Source: Eledone cirrhosa
Lineage: Eukaryota
Direction: 5' to 3'
Assembly: GCA_964016885.1 (NCBI GenBank)
Contig: OZ024741.1
Location: 108,004,001 to 108,068,000 of the forward strand
Length of the DNA: 64,000 bases
Shown: one piece after another, positions 31,130 through 45,294 of the stretch
How positions within the stretch are numbered: position 1 is the first letter of the stretch
Layout: every line of letters begins with the position of its first letter
Position numbers and translations under genes: made by a program
The notes under the pieces: model-generated
Told to the model about the DNA's origin: nothing
Seen by the model: only the letters and a program-made list of their open reading frames with translations
Database searches by the model: none

Positions 31130-32385
31130 TTCGCATTGGCACTCAGCAGTAATTTCGTCCCGTAAGACACAGAAGGTGACTATTCTCTAAAAGGCTGAGG
31201 TCATAAGAGCATTTAAAGAGCTCAAAAGTAGCATGACCGCTGTGGATGATGAAATCTAGGCAGAGATGTTAAAAGGGTTAAATAAGGAAGGTGTTCTCTG
31301 GCTTACTCGTGTGATGCGGGTGTACTGGATCTCTGGAAAGGCATCTAATCAGTGGTAATCTGGAGTCCTCATAACCAATCTTTAAAACAAGAGAGATTGT
31401 TCTAATTACAAAGAGATCGCTTTGTTAAACGTCCAAGGTATATTCTATGCTGATGAACGGCGCGGTTTTTGCCTCGGATGCAGCACAGCCGACCAAATAT
31501 TGACACTGCGGCAGGTCTTCGAAAAATGGTGGAAGTTTTGTCAAGACGTATATTCCTGATTTGTAGACTTTTAAAAGGCATATGACTGCGTTCCTCGTGA
31601 TCTGCTGTGGAAGGTTCTGTAGGTGTATGGGATGGATGATCAGCTTCTTGCTGCCTGATGTCTCTATACGAATGCCCGAGAATTTGTGTTCGGATAAATG
31701 GTGCTAAATCGAAATCATTCAATGTGAAATTCGGAATCTGCCAATGATGCATACTGTCACCTCCCCCGTTCATTATTTTTATGAACAGCATTAAAAGCAG
31801 TCGGCTGGAATTAACAGACGACATGATGTTACTTAACTTGATAGGAGGTGATCTCCGATTAGCACTCTATAGATATCTGGGCAGTGTACTATGTAAGTGA
31901 ATGGAGTCCCGCTGAATCAGGTGGAGAGGTCCAAGTATCTCAGGACCGTATTCACGAGTGATGTAAGGCAGGAGGCTGAATTAAGTACAAGCATTGAAGG
32001 AGCTCGTGCAGTAATGAGAGCCTGAAATGGGGTTCCTCCGAAAGGTCTCTGGAGTAACGTTACTCGATACTGTGCGAAGCTCTGATATCATAGAGTCACT
32101 CAGTTAGAGCCGTTACTCCTCCAAATTGAGAGACCACAGCTCCGATAATATGTCTCAGGAAATAATCCTTAGACAGATTTTACGGGAAAAACAAACCGGC
32201 GGGAGACCCAGGGTTAGAATCCGAGGAAGATGGTTAGATAACATGCATGAGCTGGTGTCGCTTGAGGATCCGGCAGGATCAGATGGAGACGCTTGCTTCT
32301 GACATGACCCGCTGGAAGGAGTGTTTGAGGACCCTACTCCCACGACCCTCTCAGAAATAAGTGTGTAAAGAAGAAAAAGAAGATA
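31130..32385 (+). mobile_element. Decayed RTE-like LINE 3' part
   Basis: DEI*AEMLKGL, FVDF*KAYDCVPR, GICQ*CILSPPPF, KYLRT; (GAA)-rich tail. Confidence 0.75.
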
Positions 32386-33159
32386 TATACTGTATATACA
32401 GTACTATGCCATCTATAAAAATAACCAATCTATAAAAATATGCCATATATAAAAATAACTAATTACTTTAGTACAATAATCTATTGTTGTTTACTGATAC
32501 GTGGAAATGTTTAAAGTTAAGAATGATACTTTAATAATTAATTTATCGGCTATAATTTCATAAATATTCAGCATGTATGTAAAACAGGATATACGTCGAA
32601 GATGTGATAAATTGATAGCTTAAACTTTGACCTCGAGATTAAACGAGATTGCATTCGGGGGCCCACCGTTTTAATCATTGAGTAAAGACATTTTAGGAAC
32701 TGAGCTGGTGTGCGGTTCATTCGTTCAATGTTTCAACAAAAGTCATAGATATGTTCTATAATTATTAGATCCTAATCGTTTATAAATACAAATATTATGT
32801 TGAAGAAATATACTCGTATACATGTTGTTATTTCCAATATTTGGCCGCTGGACTTAAGTTAAGCTGATGTAAAAGTGATATAAAAGTGTAGACAAAAACA
32901 AAAACGAAAACAGTAAATGGTGACAAGAATACAATTGTTCATGATGTATATTGAAATAAATCTTTTAAACAAGAAATATATAGGGCAAATTAAATGAAGT
33001 GGTCTGAAGAAGATATAATAATAGCACGAATATATATACGTGACGGTGGTTTCCTTCTTTATCTGAGGAAACGAAATAATAATTGGAAGCTATTCAGAAT
33101 GTAGATAATTGGTAGAGGCTTCTCAAAAGAACACTTTAATAATAATAACAATAATAATA

Positions 33160-33191
<32 letters not shown>

Positions 33192-34251
33192 TAATAATAA
33201 TAATAATAATAAAAATAATAATAATAATCACAGAAATAGAAAAACAAAAGTTTTCCGACACATATAACAAGGAATATTCAGTATTTCTTTCCCATGGGGA
33301 AACAGACAAAAGGCGAAACGTATTTCTCGATGCGCAAGATAGCCAACATTTATAAAATAAGATGAAAACGTCTGAAAAATAATCAATGAAATGTGTACAG
33401 TTTGGCCAAATGATAATGAGAATGTAGACAGTAACAAACATAAAAGTTTACATGACTATTCAAAAAAATTTGGCACGGAATATTTTGATATTATCTAAGG
33501 CATTGCCAAAAAAGCAAGATGAAGAGGTAACAAAAAGAGAAAATGAAAACTAGGTATAAGGAAAATGGCAAAATTATGAAAAGAAATCTCGGAAAATGTA
33601 TAAAAAAGAAAAAATCATTGAATTTTATAGTTAAAAACACTCTTTTTTAAAAGTTAGTTTCGTCTAGGGGAAAGAGCTGCATGCAATGATCTCCAAAGGC
33701 CTCCGAAACTGGTGAGATTGATACTCTGAAAATCCCGCTTATACAGTTGCAAGTTGATGAATGCACGTACGGTATATGCAGAGAAATAATTTCGAGAAAG
33801 TCGAAATTCTGGGAACAAAGTTTAGCGGTCTGTTTAGATATACGGAGGCAGCCCATTTAATTTTTTAAGTTTTATTTGTATATTGAACATTGGAAATTTA
33901 ACAATTATGGTATATGATATTGTTTTCACAGTATCAGGTCTTTTTGAGCAGACCAGTTTTTAAATGCATTCAAACCACGACAAATCATGTTTCTTTAGAA
34001 ATATTTAGGATGACATTATCCATGTTGTCCTTTCCTGGGCAGGTTTGGGGTAAGGGACATGTGGTTGCTATTTCTAACCGCGGCCTTCCTGGGTCATTTC
34101 TTGGAGATATATCATATACTGCAGCTTCATTGAGTGCTATCGATATCTGTAGTATAGGTTCACTGTTAACTACCTGGTACTGACCTATATATAAACATAA
34201 ATACACACACAGAGACATACATATACACACATTTATATATATATATATATA

Positions 34252-35004
34252 CTAGCAGAATGGCCCGGCGTTGCTCGGGCTTCTAAACATAGATTGGCAT
34301 GTCTATCCCTCCTTTCTGAAACAGTACAGGGAAGTACGGAATACCTCGGCCTGGGGATGGGGTCTACATTTTGTGCTTATAAAAAAAACGTCGTAGATTA
34401 CCAGGGGTTTAACTTAATTGGGAGCCTGATAGTAAAATGTTCAACCCACGAAAGCCAAGATGATAAGATTAAGTAAAAAGTCATTCGACAAACCGAACAT
34501 GTATTTGTTGTGCTATGGTACAATGAAAGTTACAGAGCAGTAAGCATGTGAGACTGCAGTGGTGGAGAGCATGAAGGAATTTATTTGGATACGTTTAAGG
34601 TTACAAAAATCTACCCAATCTGATATAGACCGAACTGTTATATCGGATGCCGAACGCTTCGGAATTACTATTGGGGTCACCATCAACAATTTCAAGGGAT
34701 GTACGTTTAAGTAGGGATAATACAGACTATAAAGAGAGGTAACTCTTTCAAAATACTAAAGAGTTGTCTCTCTTGAACATTGTAGACAAAATTGCCGAAC
34801 TGAAAAAAAGGGCTTAAAATTTTAGTGAAAAAAGAAACGCCTTTAACAACAGAAAATTGAAAAATAAAAGCTGCAGTTAATAGCTTTAGACCACAAGGAA
34901 TATATAAATTGAAGTTTGAAGTCAATCGGAATAGAAATGTAGATTTGTATTGACTTTCCAAAATTAGGACACACACACACAGACAACTTCAGTTTTATAT
35001 ATAT
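34252..35004 (-). mobile_element. Non-autonomous Helitron
   Basis: Minus-strand 3' end GCCCGA-GCAACG-CCGGGC-CATTCTG-CTAG|T. 5' TATATATAAAACTGAAGTTGTCTGTG, but the terminal TC is not evident. Confidence 0.78.
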
Positions 35005-35014
35005 GTGTATATAT

Positions 35015-36069
35015 AAACGGAAAAATTGAAACAAAATTTCATTTCCCACTCTTAGTACGGCTGTTACTTAAATATAAGTATGTACACGTACATACATATA
35101 AGTATACAGACGTACAGTAGTATGTATATATATATATACATACATGCACACATATATATATGTACATATGGATTTACCGAACATTTATTATAATGCCCGG
35201 TGTGTTTGTAAACAAACATCCCGTATTAAGCCGTAGTGTCCACCAACCATCGTTTCTCGCTTGTTCAACACTGACAAAGGAATGCTGTACTAGTTTCAAG
35301 CTTATTAGCTATCGTCAGCAACGTATACCTTCCTGCCAGATTGTTGAACGTATATACTTACCTTATGCATATTAACGGCTGAGTAGCCCAATTTGCATAT
35401 CGAGTGGGTTAATCGGCCGGGTGCACCGAAAACGATAAACGGAAAAAAAGGAAACGAAATTTCATTCCCACTCTTAGTACGGCTGTTACTTAAATATAAG
35501 TATGTACACGTACATACATATATGTATACAGACGTACAGCAGTATGTATATCTATATATTCATACATGCACACATATATATATATGTACGTATGGATTTA
35601 CCGAACATTTATTATAATACCCGGTGTGTTTGTAAACAAACATCACGTATTAAGCCGTAATGTCCAACAACCATCGTTGCTCGTTTGTTCAACACTGACG
35701 AAGGAACGTTTATCGTTTTCGGTGCATCCGGCCGATTAACCCACTCGATATGCAAATTGGGCTACTCAGCCGTTAATATGCATAAGGTAAGTATATACGT
35801 TCAACAATCTGGCAGGAAGGTATACGTTGCTGCCGATAGCTAATAAGCTTGAAACTAGTACAGCGTACCTTTGTTAGTGTTGAACAAACGAGAAACGATG
35901 GTTGGTGGACACTACGGCTTAATACGGGATGTTTGTTTACAAACACACCGGGCATTATAATAAATGTTCGGTAAATCCATACGTACATATATATATGTGT
36001 GCATGTATGTATATATATATATACATACTACTGTACGTCTGTATACATATATGTATGTACGTTTACATA

Positions 36070-36073
<4 letters not shown>
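35015..36073. mobile_element. 422-bp tandem unit (1.6 copies) plus inverted copy, HHR-bearing; retrozyme/pLTR-like
   Basis: Unit starts AAACGGAAAAA at 35015 and 35437; 35707-36073 is the reverse complement of ~35072-35441. Confidence 0.85.
35284..35322 (-). ncRNA. Minimal type-I hammerhead ribozyme
   Basis: GTTG-CTGACGA-TAGCT-AATA-AGCTT-GAAA-CTAG-TA-CAGC; palindromic ACTAGT helix III. The plus-strand copy at ~35826-35864 has CTGCCGA. Confidence 0.82.
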
Positions 36074-36114
<41 letters not shown>

Positions 36115-36720
36115 TGGCTGCCAACTCGTTTTCGAGTACGGCCACTACTTTATATCCATGTAGGAGAACCCCTACCGATGCGCTGAACGAGTGTGACTTT
36201 TTAGTCCAGCCAGCAACTTGAAAACTCTGGTACAAACATTACACTTGTGACAATTATCGACACATAGTTCTTTGCCTTTGGTACCATGTGACGACAAGTG
36301 CAGAGAGATCTCCAGATACAAAGCAATGCCTGTGCCGTGAAGCTTTTATAGTGAGCAAAGGCACTGCACAAAGCCAGTCCCACTCTCTTAACCAAGATGA
36401 TATTTACCAAAAAGAAGAACAAGTCAACATCATTGGATACGATCAGGGTTGCAGGTGTTATATCAGAGTTTTCCTTCTCCTAGAATTCTGCCTTGACAAA
36501 GGCTAAGGGGTCATCTCTCCCAGTGATTTTGGATGGCCATTGACTCTTAAGAGCTCCTTTGCCCTTTGACAGGTTTTGTTTTTAGTCCTGCAGGATGTCC
36601 AAAGTCACCCTCCTCACCAAGAAACCTTGGTGGGGTTGCCAGTTTAGTCGCCAACGACCCGAGCATGAGACAGGTTGTACTGGGATACATGTTACCAGTA
36701 GCACCAAGTGGTGACCTGAC

Positions 36721-36778
<58 letters not shown>

Positions 36779-36780
36779 CA

Positions 36781-36820
<40 letters not shown>

Positions 36821-36822
36821 CA

Positions 36823-37017
<195 letters not shown>

Positions 37018-37509
37018 GTATATATAGTGTATTTTGCAATACACTGTATGCTTAATTAAAAGCATTCCGAAGACCTTACACTATTGTTTTAGAGTAGTGA
37101 CAGTCTCACTTACTTTAAATTTTCAACAAACAGGGGAGATAAATCTGACAGAGCTGTTTCGTACTGATTGGTACTTATCAAAGCCAAGTACTCCACCTGT
37201 TTGCTGAAAATCATGAATGTTTAATTCTATAAGAATGTGTGTGTGTGTGTGTGTGTGAGGGGGTAGGTGTGAGTGCATGTATAAGTCAACCAACATAAGT
37301 CTTTTTATTTGTAAATGTTCTACTCTAACCATCATTTTCAGTAGCACCACTCCACATAAATTCCTCAATTTAAGAATGACCTGTAGTATCTATTTCATAC
37401 GATTAACCTTATTTGAATATATATCTGACCAGGAATGCTTTTTTGAAAATCAGTCATATGGAACTATTGTCATCTTGCCTGACGGTTTGAACTTTACAAC
37501 ACCACCTGC

Positions 37510-37970
<461 letters not shown>

Positions 37971-37979
37971 CCATATCTA

Positions 37980-38068
<89 letters not shown>

Positions 38069-38073
38069 GTATA

Positions 38074-38825
38074 TACCTTATAAACAACAATGAAAGGGTG
38101 TTTTAGAACATTTGATTACTAGCGATCGTTTCATCCAAGTACATGTCCGATTTCATCAGATTATAAATCAAAGATTACAACACAAATAAACTTGTCAAAG
38201 AACATTTTGAAGATACACAATACGGGAAGAAAGCATGAATAATAAATATTAACATTCATATTAGAAAAGAAAGCAAAGATAGAAGCGGTATATGAAAAAT
38301 ATGACCACATAAATGCAATTATGAGCAGCTAGAAGCCTATGCACCTGCTTTTATAAACTTTTTAAATAATTATCTTATATGTTATTTTAGTAATTATGAT
38401 ATAATTATGATATACACCTTGCATTATGCTTAACTTCCTTATAGCAGCATATTTCTCTATACCAGCATGTTTTTAAGATTTGGTGCTTTTAGCTGCTCAT
38501 AATTGCATTTCTATGCACTTATTTTTCATGTGCCTCTTCTATCTTTACTTTCTTCTCTTATATGAATGTTAATATTTAGTATTTATGCTTTCTTCCCATA
38601 TTGTGTATCCTCAAATGTTCTTTGACAAGTTTATTTGTGTTTTAACCTTTGATTTATACTTCGATGATACTCGCCTTGTGCTTGGATGAAACGATCGTTA
38701 GTAATTAAATGTTCTAAAACACTCTTTCATTGTTGTTTATAAAGTATTTCGGCTATGTAATACACTTATATTATATTGAGCTATTCTCATACTTATAATT
38801 GGATAATATTTTATATTACCCACAA

Positions 38826-38828
<3 letters not shown>
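38074..38828. repeat. Fold-back element, arms ~38074-38336 / 38485-38746 plus tail, HHR-like at 38118-38163 (-)
   Basis: ~260-bp diverged inverted arms; CTGATGA-AATCGG..TTGGAT-GAAAC-GATC-G(C/T)T. Confidence 0.85.
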
Positions 38829-38892
<64 letters not shown>

Positions 38893-39002
38893 GTACATAT
38901 TTATGTGTGTTTGTGTGAATGAGTGTGTGTGTGTGTGTGTCGGATATCCGTAAATGAAAAATCGAGAAAATCAATGTTTAATCTATTGCAAAGTAGCTTA
39001 TT

Positions 39003-39142
39003 TAGTATAAACTAATGTTTCCTGTACTTACCATATCTGTGTGACCATTGGTTTGGGGTCCAATATACAGTGACGGCCACAATTGGACCCCAAAACTAAT
39101 GGTCGCATAAAGATATTAAGTGTATGAAACATTATTTATACT
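39003..39142. repeat. Fold-back element, arms ~39003-39063 / 39082-39142
   Basis: Inverted arms; related degenerate copy at ~46586-46645. Confidence 0.72.
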
Positions 39143-39640
39143 CTGTCTATCCATGTATGTATCTCTCTATATACCCTAAACCAGGGATATTTGAACGTTC
39201 AGGGCTACTTTGAAAACAAAAATGTTTACCATCATAGATTCTTAAATACTATTATTTTGGAAAATATTTCTTGATAAATTGAAACTTTCATTATCATTTA
39301 AACTTTCTTTTCAAGCATTTCCTTTAAATGACATTAAACTCCGTAAAAATATATAAAGTATGTAGGCGGAATACAGACGCTGAAATATTGACTCTGTCAA
39401 CTTTGAGTCTGATCAAAGATACATTTGATATATTCTTAATATGTTTTTAGTTTTTGATTCTGTAAATTACATTTTATTGGGATATATGGTTCAACTACAA
39501 AATCCGTATAGTTAAGACTTTTTGTCAATCATGCCAAAATCGGGACGGGGATACTTTGAATGTTTAAAAATGTCCCGCATCTTTAGTATTTGTTTCTTGT
39601 ATACTGTCTATTCTTTTTATTATTATAATTATTTATAGAC

Positions 39641-39846
39641 CGGCGGTGGATTGGCCGTATCGGTAGAGGGTCGAACGCCATGCTTTGCAGCAAAGAGCTA
39701 TGGCCCTTTATGATCTGAGTGCATATCCCGCCGAGGTTAACTTTGCCTTTTATCCTTACGGGGTCCATAAAATAAAGTACCTGTAATACGCTGGGATAAT
39801 TCCTGGCATTGTGCCAAAAGTAGAAACAATTATTATAATTATTTAT
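39641..39846 (+). mobile_element. tRNA-derived SINE (family A)
   Basis: Aligns with the 2762 copy; (ATT)-rich tail. Confidence 0.85.
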
Positions 39847-40224
39847 GATATATAGTAGTTTTTATATTTTTGCTAGGTTACATATGGTCGAACATCCACT
39901 ATCCCTGCCATGCTAAATTTGGCTGCTGTTTTAGCACGCGTAATAACCACTTTGATGTCCACTTTTTGACATTCCGCCCTGTATAGAGCTGCTATTTCGG
40001 ACACGTCTACAGACCACATCTATGTCTACCTTCCTTTCAACTTTCACCCTAAATGTTTATATTTCTAGCATTTAGGATGACAGTATCCATTGTCCCCTTT
40101 CCTCAGCAGTTTTGAGCTAAGGGACATGTGGCTGCTATTTCTAACTGGGGACTTACTAGTTGAAAAGATTTTCTATATTGATTGTTTTAGCTTCCAAGCT
40201 TAGGCTCACGTATTTAAGACTATT

Positions 40225-40460
40225 CAACAGAATTCGTAATATAATCGGCTTGTCTCCCCGCAGCCCCGGCGGACAGAATAGAGAAGGCGTTTCCCCGAAG
40301 GTTGGCAAGGGAGACGCGCTGGAAAAGCCACTCCAACTCGCGGGGCTCACACCTGCGGCTGTCCAGCTAGTGCCTATGGTAGTGAGTAGGGAGGTAGCTC
40401 TAGGGCCGAATACACCAGAAGTCTCTACTGCCACGGATACAACCGATATGTGTCATTTCT
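40225..40460 (-). mobile_element. CRE-like LINE 3' end (REL endonuclease fragment)
   Basis: VAVETSGVFGPRATSLL...EWLFQRVSLANLRGNAFSIL. Confidence 0.65.
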
Positions 40461-40581
40461 TGTAAATATACTATACACTTTAGCTTCTTTGCATGCTATG
40501 GATAACTGTAGTCTAGCTTCATTGTTATCTGTTACTGAAATATATATAAACTTACATGCACACACACCTATATATACACAC

Positions 40582-40626
<45 letters not shown>

Positions 40627-40731
40627 TTCAAACACAAATATGTATGTGTGTAAATAAAGAGAGAGAATGGGGGTAGGTGATAGATAGATATGGACATATG
40701 CACACATATATATATATATGTATATAGTAAT

Positions 40732-41137
40732 TATGTTTTTGAAACAGCGAGCGAGTTTGAAATTAGAAATAGAAGGTTTTACCGTATTTTGTTTTACTAA
40801 AGAAAGTTTAGCCTGACAGTGGGGTTTAGAACCCTCTAAAAAATGGAAAAAGATGAATATTGACGTACATGGGAGTCGAACCCACATCTTTGGTTGTTCA
40901 GATCACTGTGCTACCATTACACCAACACATCATCCATCGTCTGCCTTTCAAATTAGAAACTACATTCTTAGCAAGTATAATGACAAGTAAATATGTTTTT
41001 GAAACAGCGAGGGAGTTTGAAATTAGAAATAGAAGCTTTCGCAGCGTTTTTTGACTGAAGAAAGTTTAGCCTGATAGTGTGGTTTAGAACCCACTAAAAA
41101 ATGGAAAAAGATGAGTATTGACGTAATGGGTGTCGGA
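40732..41137. repeat. ~260-bp direct tandem repeat, 1.5 copies
   Basis: TATGTTTTTGAAACAGCGAG starts at ~40732 and ~40992. Confidence 0.85.
40861..40931 (-). pseudogene. tRNA-like sequence (possible Phe GAA origin) within a ~260-bp tandem repeat
   Basis: GATGTGT-TG-GTGTAATGGTAGCAC...GTGGG-TTCGACT-CCCAT-GTACGTC-A; anticodon stem is mispaired. Confidence 0.6.
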
Positions 41138-41289
41138 CGAGGCTTGCACTCGCTATGAACATCGCCAAGAATAGTATTTATGGGACTTTTGTGACTAAAA
41201 TGAATATTTTCGATTCATATTTCACACTTCTTGACAGTTGTTTTACAGTCTTGTTTTACAGACAGTTGTTTTACAGATAGAGAAAACAC

Positions 41290-42160
41290 TTCATGGTACG
41301 ACAACTAGGGATTCCAGAGTCTCATGTTCGTAGATGCTACCCCTGGAGGGAAATTAGCTAAGTAATGTAGAAAGGCCCTAAGAAAGACCCATCTAAATAT
41401 TAAAGTGGTAGATGAGACAGGAACTACCATAAAATCTCTGATCAGCAAAACGTACCGCTTTAAGAAAACCCACTGTACGAATAAGACATGTGTTATATGT
41501 AGAATGAACCCGAGAATAAATTGTAAAACTAGAAATGTAGTCTATAGCATAGGATGTACAGAGGGTACTTGCAGAAACATGTCAACGACATACATAGGGG
41601 AGACAGTTCGAATCATAGGACAGAGAATAGACAAACACTGGGGGGAACTAAAAGGACAAAACAACGGTTCAGTACTATATGAATATACCAGACAAAGACA
41701 TGAGGGAAATATAGACAACATAGAAATTAAAATAATATAGAAATGACTCAACAGGTAGGCAAATCAGAGAAGCAACTGACATAAAACTAAGAAAACCAAA
41801 GTTGAACAGAAAAACGAATGAAATAACATCAACCATACCCAAATACACAATACTGACCTAAGGGTAATGTAAATAAATAAATAAATATATATATACAAGT
41901 ACAATAAAAACAAACACACATTAAAACACACTAGTGAACAAAGCTAGAATACAAAAGCACATTAATTCAAACACGAATACGCACACCAAACAGAAAACAC
42001 ACAAGCAAACGCATGCGCAAACGGAGACAGAGACAAGAATAAATAAATAAACAAATAAATAGAAGAAAAATGGCGTAGACATTACAATACAACGGGGGGA
42101 AACATAATAGTACCACTGATCATGTCATAGATGTGTGGCGAAAGAACTTTAATAGATTGT
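41290..42160 (+). mobile_element. Penelope-like 3' fragment (GIY-YIG endonuclease plus pLTR)
   Basis: VMFVDATPGGKLA, CTNKTCVIC..CKTRNVVYSIGC..YIGETVRIIGQRIDKH; degenerate HHR CTGATCA..GAAAG at ~42116-42150. Confidence 0.82.
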
Positions 42161-42355
42161 ATATATATATATATTTATATCTGTATTCTTAACCATTGGT
42201 CAATCAATGATAAACATTGATTACCAGATAAATTAACTATGGAGATATAAAAGATGCAGAAGCGAAGACTAATCCAAACGAAACAGTTAGAGTGTTTTTT
42301 TTATTATTTCTGACAGTATTATAACAATTTGACCCTGCCCAAATATATATATATA

Positions 42356-42749
<394 letters not shown>

Positions 42750-42763
42750 TGTACGTATGTAAG

Positions 42764-43032
42764 TTCAAGGACACCAGGTTAAATTATGGTGTGCTTTCAT
42801 CAGACAAAATATAATATAGATCAGTTTTATAAATAAATATTGACATACCCTTAAAAAATGCAACCATTACTGTTGGAGGATCTTCCAACAGTAATGGTTG
42901 CATTTTTTAAGGGTATGTCAATATTTATTTATAAAACTGATCTATATTATATTTTGTCTGATAAAAGCACACCATAATTTAACTTGGTGTCCTTGAAATA
43001 TGTATAATGAAATAAATATGGTTTTATAAATA
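42764..43032. repeat. Spacerless 234-bp palindrome (42764-42997; family E) with an HHR-like motif in each arm
   Basis: Centre at 42880/42881; GTCTGAT(G/A)AAAGCACACCA..TGGTGTCCTTGAAATATGTATA. Confidence 0.92.
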
Positions 43033-43540
43033 TATCAACTAGAAATAGATTGACATATATATATATATATAAAATAAATACATGGAACAATCACGGGGAA
43101 TAATTTGTAAAGGATGTAAGCACACATAGCTAGTTAGGTAACTAATTAAAGTTTAACTAGAACTTCAAATATAGATACCTTTTAAAATGATTAATCTCCT
43201 TTGTATATATTTCTTTAAGTAAGAAATATATTTCACCAATTAATCAGTAAATCACAGTAGTCAATTCTTGGATGGTCACCAAAGGAGAAGAAAATAACTA
43301 TCTGCGTTTACAAAGCAAATGCAAATCTGAGAATACTCGAACCACGTGTTGCATTTTTAAAAAAATACACACATCGCACAGCGTCATCCCAGTGGCGTGA
43401 ATAGAATTATCGACAGCTAGAAATAGCAGCCGAGTCAATTCAACTGAGTTAGCTAAACAATCAAGGGGCCGTATATATATCCAAATTTAAATTAAGGGTT
43501 GTCATGTCTGAGAGACATGCGCCATTATTTTATATATATA

Positions 43541-44492
43541 CTAGCAGTAAAGCCCGGCGTTGCTCGGGGTCGCTCAGTAGCTGTGTTAAAGTTACAATGT
43601 TAAGTTTCTTTCTTGGCTTAAAAACTGTAGTGTCTACTGTGCAGACTTGCATGTGGTGTTTTTGATTAATATTCCCTCAACCAACAATATGCCTTATGAA
43701 GTTAAGAAAACATAACGATAACCCGAATGTTATAACAAAAGAGGATGCTGGGGATAGAAACTGCACTGGTTATTTATTAACAAAGATCGAAAATGTAAAC
43801 ACTGCAACGCAGAGAAAAACATTAGCGTAACCAAATTATCAGTTATGTCTGTCTGCACGCCTATATCACCTCTCTGCACGACTGTCTGTCTGCACGCCTA
43901 TATCACCTCTCTGCACGACTGTCTGTCTGCACACCTATATCACCTCTCTGCACGACTGTCTGTCTGCACGCCTATATCACCTCTCTGCACGACTGTCTGT
44001 CTGCACGACTGTCTGTCTGCACGCCTAACGACGAAATATTTGCTTGTTTTACGTAGTCTTTAAATAGACTTGTTTTCAAGTAAAAATATTGTTTTAAAAT
44101 GCTTTTAAATGGAAATGAAGCAAAACGGAAGCTTAGTGTTCGAACTGATGAATTTTGCAGGTCAATATTTTGCTGGCTCGACAACTAACTGTTCGTGTAT
44201 TGTGTTAATGTCATTTTAAACGCTGAGAAAGCCAGCGTAATTTTTTACGTAAGACGCTCAATGTAAACAGAACAAAGGGAAATAACTGATCACTTACGCT
44301 CAAAAATCGATACATTATATTCGATTACGTCAGATAGGGTGGGTCAATTTGAAATTTTTTTTTTCCGATGTCTTCGCTAGGGCTCAATGTACAAGTATAG
44401 CAATTTCGGTGCAATTCCGTGAGAGATTCTAAAAGGAGATGTGTGCCAAAAATCGATAGACAGACAGACAACCACAGTTTTATATATATAGA
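43541..44492 (-). mobile_element. Non-autonomous Helitron
   Basis: A|TCTATATATATAAAACTGTGGTTGTCTGTCTG ... CCCGA-GCAACG-CCGGG-CTTTACTG-CTAG|T; canonical AT target. Confidence 0.88.
43846..44026 (+). repeat. 37-bp minisatellite (4 full copies plus partials) inside Helitron
   Basis: Unit TGTCTGTCTGCACGCCTATATCACCTCTCTGCACGAC. Confidence 0.92.
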
Positions 44493-44677
44493 TTATCAAT
44501 CTATTTCTAGTTGATATAAAATGCTCGGATCTATTAATTAGAATTCTACAGTGGATATGGCACGTGTCTCTCAGACATGACAACCCTTAATTTAATTTTG
44601 GATATATATATATATATATAGATATAGAGACAAACACATATATATAGAAAATACAATGCAACGGGAGGAAACAATAG

Positions 44678-44722
44678 CACCACTGACGATGTTGCAGATG
44701 TGCAACGAAAGAACTTTGATAA
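44678..44722 (+). ncRNA. Minimal hammerhead ribozyme in solo pLTR remnant
   Basis: CACCA-CTGACGA-T-GTTGCA-GATG-TGCAAC-GAAA-GAACTT-TGATA. Confidence 0.6.
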
Positions 44723-45294
44723 ACTATATTTGTGTTTGTGTCTATATAGATATATATATATATGTATGTATGTATATATATACAATTGCGCACCACCGGC
44801 GTTTGTTTTATTTCGGGTAGAAAAGCACACTCTTCAATACTAACATTATCATCTGAAGTTCTAACAGTTTGGATCATTAATGCATGTAATAATGGTACGC
44901 CACGAAAGTCTGAAACCAAATTAGAGAATTTTCCCCGATAAAACAGTGACAGTGATTGTTCTCTAACTATATGTTAACATCGAATAATCTTTCAATAGAA
45001 ACGTTGTTCTAAAAGATGGCTAAATATATAAAGCTATTTAAGAATATCTCTTTAGGAGATTATATTTCTAAGTTGGATGATATTTTCGGAAACAAATTCA
45101 CAAGCATATTACTATCTATTTTAATTCACAACGAATTGTAGGAAAACAAAATAAATAAATAAAGTCAGTAAACAAATAAAAGTAAATACATGAAGAAATA
45201 AATATAAAGAAATACATACATAAATAAATAAAAATAAGACAAAAAGATGTTTGCTTATTTATTTCTAACTGCTTCCGTTTATTTTATGAAAATA

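Noticed and set aside
40861-40931. Functional tRNA gene
   Set aside because: The anticodon stem is largely unpaired and the sequence is part of a repeat
43846-44026. 37-bp repeats resembling a CRISPR array
   Set aside because: Contiguous units with no unique spacers, no cas genes, and eukaryotic Helitron context
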